NCBI GenBank assembly: GCA_951406725.2
Contig: OX597817.1
Span: 96,472,001-96,536,000, forward strand
Direction: 5' to 3'
DNA from: Octopus vulgaris
Lineage: Eukaryota
DNA: 64,000 nucleotides
A model generated the notes under the pieces. It ran no database searches, was not told the origin of the DNA, and worked only from the letters and a program-made list of their open reading frames with translations. Positions 63,476-64,000 of the stretch are shown here, one piece after another (position 1 is the first letter of the stretch; the number at the start of each line of letters is the position of its first letter). The translations under genes and the position numbers were made by a program.

Positions 63476-63870
63476 TATATGTGCACATATATGAATGCAT
63501 GTATAAGATTGTGTGGATATAAGCATGTGTGCATGCAGATGTAAGCATGCATATGTGTGTGCATGTATGTGTTTGTGCAGATGTGTGAGTGCGTATGTAT
63601 AATGTATGTGTGTATGTATTTATATGTATGCATGTGTGTATATGAATGTGCATGTATGTATAAGATTGTGTAGATATATACCTGTGCATGCATACAAATG
63701 TGTGTGTATATATGCATGCATATGTCTGTGTGTGTGCATGTATGTGTTTATGCAAATGCATGAGCACATACATATGTCTGTGTGTGTATTTGTATGTATG
63801 CAGGTGTGTGTGTGTGTACATGCATATATGTATCTGTGTGCATGTATACTGGTGTGTGTGAGCATTTACA
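63476..63870. repeat. Degenerate (TG)/(TATG) low-complexity tract
   Basis: Directly visible. Source of the HTHT/IHTY ORFs. Confidence 0.9.
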
Positions 63871-64000
63871 AAGTGTGTGGATTTGTGGGTGATCAGGCAT
63901 ACACAGGCATTGGGGGTTGGTTGTTATCAGCTCTGCTCATGGGGGTTGGTAACAGTGACCTTAGTGCAGCTGATGCAGAAGAGCAGCTGCTACTAAGGTA

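Overview
AT-rich animal genomic DNA. The SINE, RTE and Penelope repeat families look like those of Octopus (coleoid cephalopod); this is recognition from memory, not a database result. The window lies inside one large-intron host gene on the + strand. Seven GT-AG exons (8445-52089) splice into one open frame matching CRPPA/ISPD (CDP-ribitol synthase; motifs RHQSIFNG, VHDAVRP, ASEMPQ, GTECL, LWKVT). The first and last exons were not found in the window. The introns are filled with nested mobile DNA: Penelope-like elements (PLEs), CR1-group, RTE, L1/Tx1-like and R4/Dong-like LINEs, tRNA-derived SINEs, Tc1, mariner, Buster-type hAT, MITEs and a 2.6 kb (TA)n array. The most notable signal is about ten minimal type I hammerhead-ribozyme-like motifs from about seven unrelated sequence families, on both strands. 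They include core variants (CCGAUGA, CUGUUGA), palindromic dimer-type stem III, a head-to-head pair, a copy closed by a 35-bp stem I, and an intact sense-strand copy about 134 nt upstream of a CRPPA splice acceptor. Also notable: a twin-priming-type inverted RTE-like insertion with a 12-bp TSD, a PHD finger inside an RTE reverse transcriptase, and a SINE/LINE shared 3' stem-loop with compensatory changes.
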